64,000 nucleotides of DNA from Bdellovibrionales bacterium (GTDB lineage: Bacteria > Bdellovibrionota > Bdellovibrionia > Bdellovibrionales > JAGQZY01): the NCBI GenBank assembly GCA_031426555.1, contig JANPLN010000030.1, forward strand, positions 87,792 to 151,791, given 5' to 3'. How positions within the stretch are numbered: the first letter of the stretch is position 1; every line of letters begins with the position of its first letter. The notes beneath the pieces were generated by a model that worked only from the letters and a program-made list of their open reading frames with translations, did no database searches and was not told where the DNA came from. Shown piece after piece: positions 20,374-30,185 of this stretch. Both the position numbers and the translations under genes were made by a program.

Positions 20374-23300
20374 CTTTGTTTCCTTTGTAGTGCTTTCATG
20401 ACTCACGTTCATCAGATTGTCTTTGGAGTTTCGATCAATCAAAACATTCAGAGGATCTATTCCAGCCTTAAAAGGCTCCTCTTTGACCACAATTTCAAAT
20501 TTGTTTTCACCAGTTTTAATCGTATGTTTTTTAAGATAAATGTACTTTTCATCTTTACCAAGGATGCCCACATCCATCGCTTGGGAAAACTCTTTATTTT
20601 CCTCTTTTCCTTCTTTGTCTGAATAGACTTTTTCAGAAGAAATATTCATACTCACTTTAAAAGTGCCATCCGACAGCTTTTCCACTTGCGCCGTGAGCGG
20701 TCGATTTTCAAAAATCACAATTTTTTCCATCAAATCTGTGACCAGGGCCTTTTGATCGTCTGTGGCTTTACTTTTGACCACGTTTAAGAAATCGATGGAG
20801 GTCATATAAGGAGGTGCCATCCGTGAGTACTTGCCAAGGGTTTCCTTGAGAGCGCCATTAAAAGTGTCCTCGCCCATGTAATCTTTAATGGAATACAAAA
20901 CCACACTGCCTTTCCGATAATGAAGATACTGTTGGGATTCCGCCAGATATAGCGGATTCTCGTACTCAGTCTCTTTGCTGCGCCCAAATAAATAACGGTC
21001 CAATTCGTATTGTAAAAACTTTTTCATCTTTTCACGGCCGTACTCGTGCTCCATAACCATAAGGGCAGAATATTGCGAAAGTGATTCGGAAAGCATGTCG
21101 GCACCCTGCACATTGGCTCCCATCATCTGATGGGGCCACCACTGGTGAGCCAGCTCATGGGCCGTGATATAAAAAGGGTAGTCAATATCGTCTTCTTTAG
21201 AATCATCCACTTTGGCAATAAAACCAACTCCTTCAGAAAAGGGAATGGTATTAGGAAAAGACTGTGCAAAGGTTTCGTAGCGTGGAAACTCAATGATGCG
21301 ATACTGTTTGTGCTGGTAGGGTCCAAAGTTTTTTGTAAAATAATCTAAGGATTTTTTGGTGGCGTTCACCATTCTATGCAGATTGTACTCGTGCCCTTTG
21401 TGATAATAAATCTCGATATTCACATCGTTCCACGTGTCGCGAAGGACTTCATAACGTCCCGACAAAAACGCATAAAAATTAATAATTTTTTGATCCATCT
21501 TGTAATGAAAGTAACGGCGACTTCCCTCGGTCCATTCTTTTTGCAAGTAGCCCGGCGCGATAGCTATTTGATCTGCTGTTGTGCTGACGATGGTTTCAAA
21601 ATCAATCCAATAGCCGTTAACGCCGAGGAGCGAATTTTGCCATTGATCTTTGTCGTCGATGGCGGGCTTACGTAATTTGGGTGGAAGCCCGCGCTTTTCG
21701 CGAGCTTTGCGCTCGCCGAGCTCGGAAGACGATTGATATCCAAACGACGGAAAATAATCGAAGTTATTAAAAAAAGTGCCGTTGTAATGAATTTTCCCGA
21801 TGTTGGTACCGTTTTTAATAGTGGATTCATCCACGGTGACGGCATAGTCGCCCTCAAAATCTTGATTGGGCTGGATAGGCTGCGCAAACGTATAGACAAC
21901 CACTTTTAAGCGATCGTCTCTTTTTTCTATTGTAGGTATCGAGAACGAAAGTGACCAATCGGCGTCGGGGACGCTAATGAGTACATCATTGATCGCTTGC
22001 TGTGTGGTATTTTTGAACTTGATTTTTAGTTTCGCACGAACTTTTAATTGTTCTGGAAAAATATCTACGTTGGCAAAAACGGAGGTCAATTGAGCCACGG
22101 GGCGCTTATCGAATATTTTGTACTGTTTTTCGTAATCGTAAGATCGTTTTTCGGCTTCTTTACGAGAGATATACTCGTTGACGACATTATTTTGATAGAA
22201 AAGATAAGAACCCAAGACTAAAAAACCAAGGATTGAGGTTGCTAAAGCAGTTTTGAGCGGAGGAGTCAGGATGGCTCTTAACGGAGTTCGCATTTTTTTT
22301 AAAGATGTAGCTTCCGTTCCTCGATGCCAGAGGGCATAGGAAATAATGACGAGCACAGCGGATAAAAACAGCCAGTAAAAATTATAAAGGTGAAATATTC
22401 TAAACAAGTGACCAAAGCCATTCATGTCGGAATACATAGGGAAAGGCTTTTTGTTAAACAGATACAAATAGTGCTCAAAACCAAGGGCCTCGGCGAAGAT
22501 ATCAATAAGATAATAAATAACGATCATGCCGTGGGCGAGATATTTATTTTTAAAGACAACCTGAAAAAAGAACGTTAGCGCAATAAGATTGACGTAACTT
22601 GGCAATTCCACCAAATACAAACGAACCAAATACTGCGTAAGCTCGAAGTTGGTGTAGCCATAGGCCAGTTGGATGGCGATTCCTGAAAACAGAACAGCGG
22701 TTAACAATAAAATGGTGACGAGAACCATATTGATAAATTTTGCAGCAAAAATCACCCCATTAGGTGTGGGCAAAGCATCAATGATTTGATTAATTTTTAG
22801 ATCGCGGTCGCGCCAAACAGTCTCCCCCGTGTAAAGAGTAATAACAATAAGTACAAAAAGTGAAAATGTTCCACCAATAAAATCGAGCACGTTGTATGTA
22901 ACCGGGTAGGCGTTGGTGCCAAACATTTTTCCAACCTGTGTGCCGGTGATAAACATGTAACCCACGCCAGCTAGCACGATAACGACAAAGTAAATACTTT
23001 TGACAGTTTGCAAGAATTCAAAGGAAAGCTGCTTCAGCAGCAAGGGGGCCCATTTGATATTTTTTAAATCCAGAGCACGCAGAGGATTTATTGATCGAGC
23101 CTGGAGAGGCTCGGCGATAACGGCGTCTGCCTTGCGAGTTTTTGCTTTTTTCGCTGTCTTCGAAAAATTAATGAGCGTTGTGGCAAGTGCGGCAAAGCCT
23201 ATACCCAGCCACAAGACGCGATTCCATAAGAAGTAACTTTCAAAAGAGATAGATTGTTGATTTTGTTGATAAACAGTCCAATAGCGGATGGTTTCCGAAA

Positions 23301-23973
23301 TGGCGCGAAGACCTAGGGGATCCATCAATGTGCGCAACCATTTGTTGTCGAGATCGTCTAAGAGCTGTCCCGAAGAGGACCACAGCAGAAACAAGAGCGT
23401 GACAGCGATGTAAATCGGCGCCATTTTTTTGGTTCGAGAACCTATGAAAAAGAAGATAGAACCAAAAATAAAGATGTTTGGCAGTGCAACGGTGAGCAGG
23501 GGAAGTAAATAACCCTTAAGGGTGTTCACGCCGAGCATAGATGGAAGAACAAAAGGGAGTTTGCTCGCAACAAAGACACCCAGGGGAATGCTTGAGAGAA
23601 CGAAGAGCATAAACAACAGGGCGCCAATAAATCGCCCGATCAAAAAATGTTTTACTTTTAGCGGAGTCGAGAAAATAATTTGGTCGATGTTGTTGATAAA
23701 ATCTTTGCAGATGGCCTGTCCAAAAACGGGTGCGATAATAAAAAGATTGAAAGCCGTGAGCAGTGCCACGTAAAGAGTAATGCTCATGGGTGAGTTCACG
23801 AAAACCCGAGCCCCGGTTCCAAAGTTGATTGAAGCTCCGGGAATGGCTCCGCCGGCCGCAAGAGTCATCAACACGGATAGCGCAAAAAACATAACGAAGT
23901 AGATGTAACTCGACATGGAACGATAGCGGATTTTTAGCTCAAAAGCGATATTTGCAATAATGGCTGTTATCAT
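20365..23973 (-). CDS. ABC-2 type permease fused to an M1 family aminopeptidase
   Basis: Two multi-TM permease repeats in the N-terminal ~590 aa; FAQSFPNTIPFSE; HELAH-x18-E; YRKGSVV. Confidence 0.9.
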   Translation of the reverse strand: MITAIIANIAFELKIRYRSMSSYIYFVMFFALSVLMTLAAGGAIPGASINFGTGARVFVNSPMSITLYVALLTAFNLFIIAPVFGQAICKDFINNIDQIIFSTPLKVKHFLIGRFIGALLFMLFVLSSIPLGVFVASKLPFVLPSMLGVNTLKGYLLPLLTVALPNIFIFGSIFFFIGSRTKKMAPIYIAVTLLFLLWSSSGQLLDDLDNKWLRTLMDPLGLRAISETIRYWTVYQQNQQSISFESYFLWNRVLWLGIGFAALATTLINFSKTAKKAKTRKADAVIAEPLQARSINPLRALDLKNIKWAPLLLKQLSFEFLQTVKSIYFVVIVLAGVGYMFITGTQVGKMFGTNAYPVTYNVLDFIGGTFSLFVLIVITLYTGETVWRDRDLKINQIIDALPTPNGVIFAAKFINMVLVTILLLTAVLFSGIAIQLAYGYTNFELTQYLVRLYLVELPSYVNLIALTFFFQVVFKNKYLAHGMIVIYYLIDIFAEALGFEHYLYLFNKKPFPMYSDMNGFGHLFRIFHLYNFYWLFLSAVLVIISYALWHRGTEATSLKKMRTPLRAILTPPLKTALATSILGFLVLGSYLFYQNNVVNEYISRKEAEKRSYDYEKQYKIFDKRPVAQLTSVFANVDIFPEQLKVRAKLKIKFKNTTQQAINDVLISVPDADWSLSFSIPTIEKRDDRLKVVVYTFAQPIQPNQDFEGDYAVTVDESTIKNGTNIGKIHYNGTFFNNFDYFPSFGYQSSSELGERKAREKRGLPPKLRKPAIDDKDQWQNSLLGVNGYWIDFETIVSTTADQIAIAPGYLQKEWTEGSRRYFHYKMDQKIINFYAFLSGRYEVLRDTWNDVNIEIYYHKGHEYNLHRMVNATKKSLDYFTKNFGPYQHKQYRIIEFPRYETFAQSFPNTIPFSEGVGFIAKVDDSKEDDIDYPFYITAHELAHQWWPHQMMGANVQGADMLSESLSQYSALMVMEHEYGREKMKKFLQYELDRYLFGRSKETEYENPLYLAESQQYLHYRKGSVVLYSIKDYMGEDTFNGALKETLGKYSRMAPPYMTSIDFLNVVKSKATDDQKALVTDLMEKIVIFENRPLTAQVEKLSDGTFKVSMNISSEKVYSDKEGKEENKEFSQAMDVGILGKDEKYIYLKKHTIKTGENKFEIVVKEEPFKAGIDPLNVLIDRNSKDNLMNVSHESTTKETKLQ

Positions 23974-24842
23974 TTTACAAATCCCTTGATGTGAGCAAAG
24001 TAATAGTCTTCCAGACTGGCTTCTGCGCGATCAAAGTTTTCGGGGGCCACCGTCGAATAAACCTTTACGATAATTTTCCCGGCTGAAAAACGGGAATTGA
24101 TCACTTGGTACTGCGTTTCGATTGCGGGAACAGATTGTTTCTCAACGATGCGCGACCACACCTTTCCTTCGATATCTTTGAGGGCTTTTTCGGGTGTGGT
24201 TTGCACAAGCACTTTGCCATTATTGATAATTGCAAAATTCTGGCAGAGATCGGCCACATCGCTGACAATGTGAGTGGATAGAATCACGGTCACATCGGAA
24301 CCGATTTCGCTGAGGATATTATAAAAACGCAGACGCTCTTCTGGATCCAAGCCCGCCGTGGGTTCGTCCACGATCAGAAGCTGCGGCTGAGCAATGAGGG
24401 CCTGGGCAATACCAAAGCGTTGTTTCATGCCACCGGAGTAAGTATTGACCGATTTATTTTTGTGTTGCGAAAGATTTGTGAGCTCTAAAAAATGCAGGAC
24501 ACGTTCTTTACGTTGTTGGGGGTCGGTAATTCCTTTCAGCGTGGCGATGTAGTCCAAGAGATCAGTTGCTGAAATTTTAGGATACACGCCAAATTCCTGG
24601 GGCAAATAGCCTAAAACTTTTCGCAGATCTTCTTCTTGCGTCAAGGCGTCTAGATTTTGAAATTGAATGGAACCGGTGTCGGGGGCTTGCAAGGTGGCGA
24701 TGGTGCGCATAAGGGATGATTTTCCAGCCCCGTTTGGTCCAAGGAGGCCAAACATTCCCTTGGGAATTTGCAGATGGATGTTTTGCAGTGCGCGAACACC
24801 ATTGTCGTAGGTTTTACTAACGTTTTCGATCGTTAAGCTCAT
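23970..24842 (-). CDS. ABC transporter ATP-binding protein
   Basis: GPNGAGKS, YSGGMKQR, IVDEPTAGLDP, STH; ATGA overlap with the permease-peptidase. Confidence 0.95.
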   Translation of the reverse strand: MSLTIENVSKTYDNGVRALQNIHLQIPKGMFGLLGPNGAGKSSLMRTIATLQAPDTGSIQFQNLDALTQEEDLRKVLGYLPQEFGVYPKISATDLLDYIATLKGITDPQQRKERVLHFLELTNLSQHKNKSVNTYSGGMKQRFGIAQALIAQPQLLIVDEPTAGLDPEERLRFYNILSEIGSDVTVILSTHIVSDVADLCQNFAIINNGKVLVQTTPEKALKDIEGKVWSRIVEKQSVPAIETQYQVINSRFSAGKIIVKVYSTVAPENFDRAEASLEDYYFAHIKGFVK

Positions 24843-24908
24843 GAGTCCCCCTCAGTAAGCTGGTGTTGTGCCTTACGGGGAGTGGCGATTCAATGGGCGG
24901 GGCGTTGT

Positions 24909-25715
24909 TTACCTGTGAAGGTGAAAGATGCGCTCTTCGGGGAACATTTCCAAGCGAGAGTAATCGGCAAGCATGGCGTTTTCGAACTTTGAAATGCTCT
25001 GCCTGTACAGGCCAAAATATTTAATCATATCAATCATCCAAATGGGCACTTTTGTGGTGGATTTTAGCTCCAGGATCACCATGCTCTGCGTGTCCTCGAA
25101 GGAGGCTGTGTGGTCATAGTGTTGAAGCAGCTGGTCGTTGGGGATCACATTCCAGTCTGTCTCGTGCTGAAAACGCATGTCTCTGTCGAAGGTCACTCGG
25201 GCGTAGTCGTCGACGGTGGAAATATAGGCTTTGCGGCGATATTGTGTTAAAACTTTCGGGCGCGTATTCAGGCGATAGCGCCAGTATAAAAATTCATTCA
25301 CGGCGCCTTGCGATTTTTCATCAATCACAATCTCGCCTTCGAGGATTTTATCAATGTAGAGTCTGAGATCAGTTTCAAAAACTTTTCCGCGAATTTTTCG
25401 AACGACGTCATTGCTCTTCTTCTTAACTTCGAAAAAATACGGAGGTTTCGGGTGCGTTCCATAGGAACGGATTCGCAAATTAAAACGGTTGGCCTGCGAA
25501 AGTTGTTTATAATTAAAAATCTTAAAGTCGTCCGAGTCGAAATAAAGCGAGTTGATCGTGTAAAAGTGATCGGCCTCGAGCTGCGAATAATAGTCCATTT
25601 CGCAATACATCTCTACATACTGCGAAATCGGCGCCACGAGGTCCAAGGGAACCAGATATTTAAGCTCGTAGCGTTCAAGAATTAGCGGCGAAACTGCATC
25701 GACCGTTGGGATCAT
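24909..25715 (-). CDS. VTC-domain (polyphosphate polymerase domain) protein
   Basis: RYELKY, YTINSLYFDS, RFNLRIRSYG, FEVKKK, YRRKAY, RVTFD, ILELK, ISKF. Confidence 0.9.
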   Translation of the reverse strand: MIPTVDAVSPLILERYELKYLVPLDLVAPISQYVEMYCEMDYYSQLEADHFYTINSLYFDSDDFKIFNYKQLSQANRFNLRIRSYGTHPKPPYFFEVKKKSNDVVRKIRGKVFETDLRLYIDKILEGEIVIDEKSQGAVNEFLYWRYRLNTRPKVLTQYRRKAYISTVDDYARVTFDRDMRFQHETDWNVIPNDQLLQHYDHTASFEDTQSMVILELKSTTKVPIWMIDMIKYFGLYRQSISKFENAMLADYSRLEMFPEERIFHLHR

Positions 25716-26923
25716 AAAAGTCCATTCTGGTGAAAGAGAAACGACGACTGAAAGTCTTGGCTTTCGTTGAGCCATTCGGTATAGGACAAAAACAAATCCC
25801 GTTCAGATTCAACGCTGGAAATTTTGGCAGTGAGGTAATCCGCATAAAGTGCGATGGTTGAAATGGGCTCGGAGGCTTTGAGGCGTTTGAAAGTTTTTTC
25901 GATTTGCAGGTCGTATTTGGAAGTGACGTCCAAGTCGAGATCATTGGCCATGCGGATGATTTTGTTGCGAAGCGTGTAGACCTGAACCTTTTTTTCGTTT
26001 TTGTCTAAAAGGCTCTGGCGCTTGGTTTCGATGATTTTGTTCTCAAACTGCCAATCCTGAACCGGGTTCGAGGAGAGAAAAGGCATATTCACGGACACGC
26101 GAAATGTCATCTGCGTTTGATTCTCTCGAGTTTTATCCACCCCAACGCTAAACGTATCGATGAGTCGGTTGTTTTGCGAGGCGGTGTAGGCTTTTAAATA
26201 TTCGAGCTGTTGCAGTTGTAGATCGAAAAGCTGAGTGTATAGTTTTTCGCGGGCGGGGTCGTAACTTTTTACATGTTCCAAAACTTTCACGCGACTCAGA
26301 AGGTTCTCGTCAGCCTTAAATCCGTCGATGGTCCAGTCCGGGTTGATGTTGGCAATGCGTTGCTCAATCTCGGCGCGCTTATCGTGAATCTCGATCACTT
26401 TCTTGCGAAAGTTTTTTATCGCAATGCTCGACTTGATAAAGTCTTTAATGCTGCCGCTTTCCACGCTCAGCAAGGACTTGGACTGGGCTCGTTTTTGCGC
26501 TTCTAAGATAGCGATGGTTTTTTTAGATAGATCTTCAATTTTTTTCGTGTACATGATTTCGATACACAAAAGCAAAAACTCAAGCTGGTCTTGTTGATCC
26601 CACAATATATTTTGTTGCTCAGCGATCAGTTTACTGGTGGAAGCAATACGCTGTTGAGCGATCGCCTCTCGCCCACCACGAGGATTGAACTTGAGAAAGT
26701 ATTCATACCCAGCGCGGTCGTCTTTGCCGGCTTTAACATCGCGGCCATCATCTTTTTCGACAACAAGCTGAATTTGACTAAATCCCATTTCTAAAAAATT
26801 GCCACCTTCGAAGGGTTTTAAGCGAAGATCCTCTTTTTTTTTCTCTAGCAAATCCTGCAGAGTCCATCCATGGCTCAGGGGAGCAAAGGAGGTTATTAAA
26901 AGAATGAGGACCAGACGTTTCAT
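25712..26923 (-). CDS. Secreted alpha-helical protein, divergent TolC/outer-membrane-factor-like
   Basis: Signal peptide; two repeats of a beta-hairpin (e.g. FSVGVD...MTFRVSVNMPF) followed by long helices; ATGA-coupled to the adaptor and VTC genes. Confidence 0.55.
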   Translation of the reverse strand: MKRLVLILLITSFAPLSHGWTLQDLLEKKKEDLRLKPFEGGNFLEMGFSQIQLVVEKDDGRDVKAGKDDRAGYEYFLKFNPRGGREAIAQQRIASTSKLIAEQQNILWDQQDQLEFLLLCIEIMYTKKIEDLSKKTIAILEAQKRAQSKSLLSVESGSIKDFIKSSIAIKNFRKKVIEIHDKRAEIEQRIANINPDWTIDGFKADENLLSRVKVLEHVKSYDPAREKLYTQLFDLQLQQLEYLKAYTASQNNRLIDTFSVGVDKTRENQTQMTFRVSVNMPFLSSNPVQDWQFENKIIETKRQSLLDKNEKKVQVYTLRNKIIRMANDLDLDVTSKYDLQIEKTFKRLKASEPISTIALYADYLTAKISSVESERDLFLSYTEWLNESQDFQSSFLFHQNGLL

Positions 26924-27858
26924 TGTTTGGGCTCTAGATTGGAGGCAGAGGTTGCAGGATTGAGCGATGTTTTTGGTACCGGCAGCAGTTCGTCGGGGAT
27001 CCAAGATTTAGGGTAGATCACAACTTTTTCGCCCATCAAAAACGTATTAGTTTCGGTCAGTTGAACAAGGACTTCGCGACCCCAAACCTTGATGAGCGAT
27101 GAGTTGGTTAACCGCTCTGGCATTTCGACGATGCGCGAGCCAATACTGATCACCCGGCCTGAGAATTTTTTGCGTTTGTCGGCGATGGACGCCAATCTTA
27201 GCTCTTGATTCATTTCGACCTGTGAATAGACGTTTTCGTGAATGTAGGCTTTGATCATGTCGGGTTTTTGCGAAAGGATTGAAAGCAAAGTTGTAAATGG
27301 CGGAACTGTTTGGCCACTTTTAAAATTCACAGCGCCAACGATTCCGCTTTTTTCGGCAAAGATCAAAAGATGATCTTTTTGCGATTGGGCGAATTCCAGT
27401 TCTCTTTTTGCACTTTCAATATCCAGGGACAGTGAGCTCCCTTTTGGAGAAATATCATTGATGGATTCATCCAGAAGATTCTTAATCTCGTTGCGCATAT
27501 TTTTTTCGAATTGAAGTTTTAGAAGAGTGGTTTCCATTTCGCGAATGCGAGCATCGATTTCGTTTTGGTTGAGTTCGGCGAGAAGAGTGCCTTTTTCAAC
27601 AAATTGGCCAGAGATCACATGAATGCGTTTAATTTTAACGGGATACTCAAAGTTGATAGATAGTTCGTAGGAGTCGGCAATGCCAAAAAAGCTCAAGCGA
27701 TTGGTGCTGCCGAGGGTGCTGACCAACGTGATCAACAGGACAGCGAACGCCCAAGCGATCAGGAGAGTTTTGTTGTCGCCTTCGATAAATTGCTGTTTAA
27801 ACTCTTTTAGACCCCATGGGCGTGAAATCCTGGATGCTCGCATCTGTTTAAACCTCAA
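26920..27858 (-). CDS. HlyD/membrane fusion (periplasmic adaptor) protein
   Basis: Single TM, IHVISGQFVEKGTLLAEL, coiled hairpin, IFAEKSGIVGAVNFKSGQTV, GRVISIG. Confidence 0.85.
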   Translation of the reverse strand: MRFKQMRASRISRPWGLKEFKQQFIEGDNKTLLIAWAFAVLLITLVSTLGSTNRLSFFGIADSYELSINFEYPVKIKRIHVISGQFVEKGTLLAELNQNEIDARIREMETTLLKLQFEKNMRNEIKNLLDESINDISPKGSSLSLDIESAKRELEFAQSQKDHLLIFAEKSGIVGAVNFKSGQTVPPFTTLLSILSQKPDMIKAYIHENVYSQVEMNQELRLASIADKRKKFSGRVISIGSRIVEMPERLTNSSLIKVWGREVLVQLTETNTFLMGEKVVIYPKSWIPDELLPVPKTSLNPATSASNLEPKQ

Positions 27859-28531
27859 TAGTGCTTTCCTGCATCAGCAGTTGGGCACCCTTTACTGTTG
27901 GAATCGTTCGAACGTCTTCGATCAGGTGGTCGAAACTGGATTGGGTGTGAAGCTTAAATTGATAGGCATAGTCAAAACGATTTCCCTGGGCCATTTCGCG
28001 AAGGGTGACCAGCGAAAACATTTTGCAATGCTTGTTGAGCGTTGTTTCGAGCTGTTCGCGCGAGTCTTTGCTGGGCTCGAAGTTAAAGCGCAAAAGGCCA
28101 TCAAACTGAGCAGGGGTTACAAACTCCACACGATCCAATACAAGCACACTGGCAATAAAACCCATGCAGCCGACGCAGGCGATGGCGTAAGAGTGCACGC
28201 CGCACGCCACACCCACGGCCATGGCGCCAAATAGAAAAAACATATCGCGCGGGTCTTTCAGGTTTGAACGAAAGCGTAGCAATGAAATCGCACCCATCAT
28301 CCCGAGGCCGCGAGCGAGGTTGTCGCCAATGGCCTGCATGGCGATTGTAGAAACGATCGGGCAAAGGACAAGAGCGTGGAGGAAATTTTTAGAATAGGAG
28401 AGGCCGCGGAAGGTGTAGTTGTAAATCAGTGCGATTCCAACCCCCAAAAGAAACGACAAACAAATACCATAAATAACAGCCCAAATTCCGGCGTTTTCAG
28501 TGGATGTTTGTAAAACTTGGAAATCTAGCAT
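27848..28531 (-). CDS. DUF4956 membrane protein
   Basis: IGDNLARGLGMMGAISLLRFRSNLKDPRD, FGAMAVGVACG; several TMs plus an ACT-like tail. Confidence 0.9.
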   Translation of the reverse strand: MLDFQVLQTSTENAGIWAVIYGICLSFLLGVGIALIYNYTFRGLSYSKNFLHALVLCPIVSTIAMQAIGDNLARGLGMMGAISLLRFRSNLKDPRDMFFLFGAMAVGVACGVHSYAIACVGCMGFIASVLVLDRVEFVTPAQFDGLLRFNFEPSKDSREQLETTLNKHCKMFSLVTLREMAQGNRFDYAYQFKLHTQSSFDHLIEDVRTIPTVKGAQLLMQESTIEV

Positions 28532-28622
28532 CGCTGAACTTATATGTTGATTGTTAAGACTTTGCTAAGATATCCCCTCGACCAAGTAATAAAAATAGAC
28601 CTGTCTAAAATCTACACACTCC

Positions 28623-30176
28623 TTAATTGAGATATGGGCGGGCTTGTTTTAAATAAACTTGGCGCGCGTCGGTGTCTTCGGCATCCACCTTGAATTCGAT
28701 ATCCAAAGAAAAATCAGAAGTCTCTGTTTTGCTCCCTAGAAGAGGGCGGAAGTGCTCAACCGCTTTCAAACACTGATACGAAAGATCTTTGGCTTCTTCG
28801 TCTGTCATCACGGCTGTTGGATTGTCTTGCGGAAGAATCGTTTCCATGTCGTTGGCAATGTTGGACTGCTGCAGAACATTCACAGTGTACTTGTCTTGAT
28901 TGAGGGGATCTTGCTTGTCGTAGAGAACAAGAATTTTTTGCGGGCGAATGCCGGGATTCGGGTTCGCAACACTATGGAAGTCGCCCCGCTGGGCTTCGAT
29001 GTAAACACCCTCGCCAGAAAGCATGGGAACATTGGCAATGTTCTTGGTGACCACAACACCATCTGCCAGCTCGTCGCCAAAGGAGGGGTTGATCTGAATT
29101 CCCATGTAAACATCTTGATGGGGAATGGAAAAGTAATTTCGCTCTTCGAAGGCGCGTAAATTCCAGATCGATCCCCAAACAATTTTGAGAGCCTCTGTGA
29201 GATTCGCGATTTTTTCTTCCTTGCTTAGATCTTTTTTCTTCTTCGTGGCTTTGTAAGCCGCCGACGTGTAAAGACCCGCACCATTAAAATTTGGAAGATC
29301 TTCGGAGTTTGTGGCACTGCGAAGCTTCATGTTGCGCTTCTTACCTTTTTTGTCAGTAATAGTATCAAAAAGTGCGAGCATGTTTTCGATGAGAACAGAA
29401 TCCACAACTGTTTGTGGCGACATAATCAGCGCATTGAGTTCGTTCAATTTAGTGGTGCGATATTCTGTGGCGGCTACGCGCTTCATGAGTGGATCGCGAG
29501 TCACTTTTTGAATCATTGTTTTTACTGCAGGATTACTTTCAACAAATTGACTATAGAAAGAAAATGGCAGCGCATACGAGTAACGAACTACAGTGCGCTC
29601 AGGAGTGTTGAGGGCCTTGGCGAGTTCGGCGTAGTTTGCGGCTTTGGAGCCAACTTTGTCGGCGAAAGTCCAATCCATTTCATCCATTGTTAAAATTCGG
29701 TCGATGGAGAGATCGTACTTCAATTCGACTTTTTGTTTCGCATTGCTATTGTAAAAAGCAAGAGCAGCTTCTTCTGTGCTCGGTGAAATCTTGATGGTAT
29801 CTGGAGCAATCAACTCCATTTCGATATAACTTCCGTCCTGGACGCCGTTAAAGATAGGATTATTAATCCCTCCTTCAAGCTGAGAAATATCCAAATTAGG
29901 AGTTTTGCGCGCGCTGGATTTAATTTGTACGTGCGACAGAAGATTTTGCTGCTGCAGCGTGATTACACCAGAAACCACAGACAGATTCATCGGCAGCTCG
30001 GCAAAAACCGGAATCGCCAGAGGATTCAGCGATTTGTATTTTGCGTTTTCAGAAAGCATATCTTGGGCCGACAAGATCACCAGTTGTCCAATAGCTTTTC
30101 CTGGGTTCATAACCATAGCCTGAGCAAAGCCGCTCAGAGAGTAAAAAAGCGTGAGTGTAAAAATTAAATTTTTCAT
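28623..30176 (-). CDS. Exported PEP-utiliser-type dikinase: His-phosphocarrier domain plus PPDK_N ATP-grasp domain
   Basis: Signal peptide MKNLIFTLTLFYSLSGFAQA; GVIT...LLSHVQIKSSARKTPN; VGSKAANYAEL; RSATNSEDLPNFNGAGLYTS; VWGSIW; DIEF...YLKQARP. Confidence 0.85.
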   Translation of the reverse strand: MKNLIFTLTLFYSLSGFAQAMVMNPGKAIGQLVILSAQDMLSENAKYKSLNPLAIPVFAELPMNLSVVSGVITLQQQNLLSHVQIKSSARKTPNLDISQLEGGINNPIFNGVQDGSYIEMELIAPDTIKISPSTEEAALAFYNSNAKQKVELKYDLSIDRILTMDEMDWTFADKVGSKAANYAELAKALNTPERTVVRYSYALPFSFYSQFVESNPAVKTMIQKVTRDPLMKRVAATEYRTTKLNELNALIMSPQTVVDSVLIENMLALFDTITDKKGKKRNMKLRSATNSEDLPNFNGAGLYTSAAYKATKKKKDLSKEEKIANLTEALKIVWGSIWNLRAFEERNYFSIPHQDVYMGIQINPSFGDELADGVVVTKNIANVPMLSGEGVYIEAQRGDFHSVANPNPGIRPQKILVLYDKQDPLNQDKYTVNVLQQSNIANDMETILPQDNPTAVMTDEEAKDLSYQCLKAVEHFRPLLGSKTETSDFSLDIEFKVDAEDTDARQVYLKQARPYLN

Positions 30177-30185
30177 AGAGACCAC

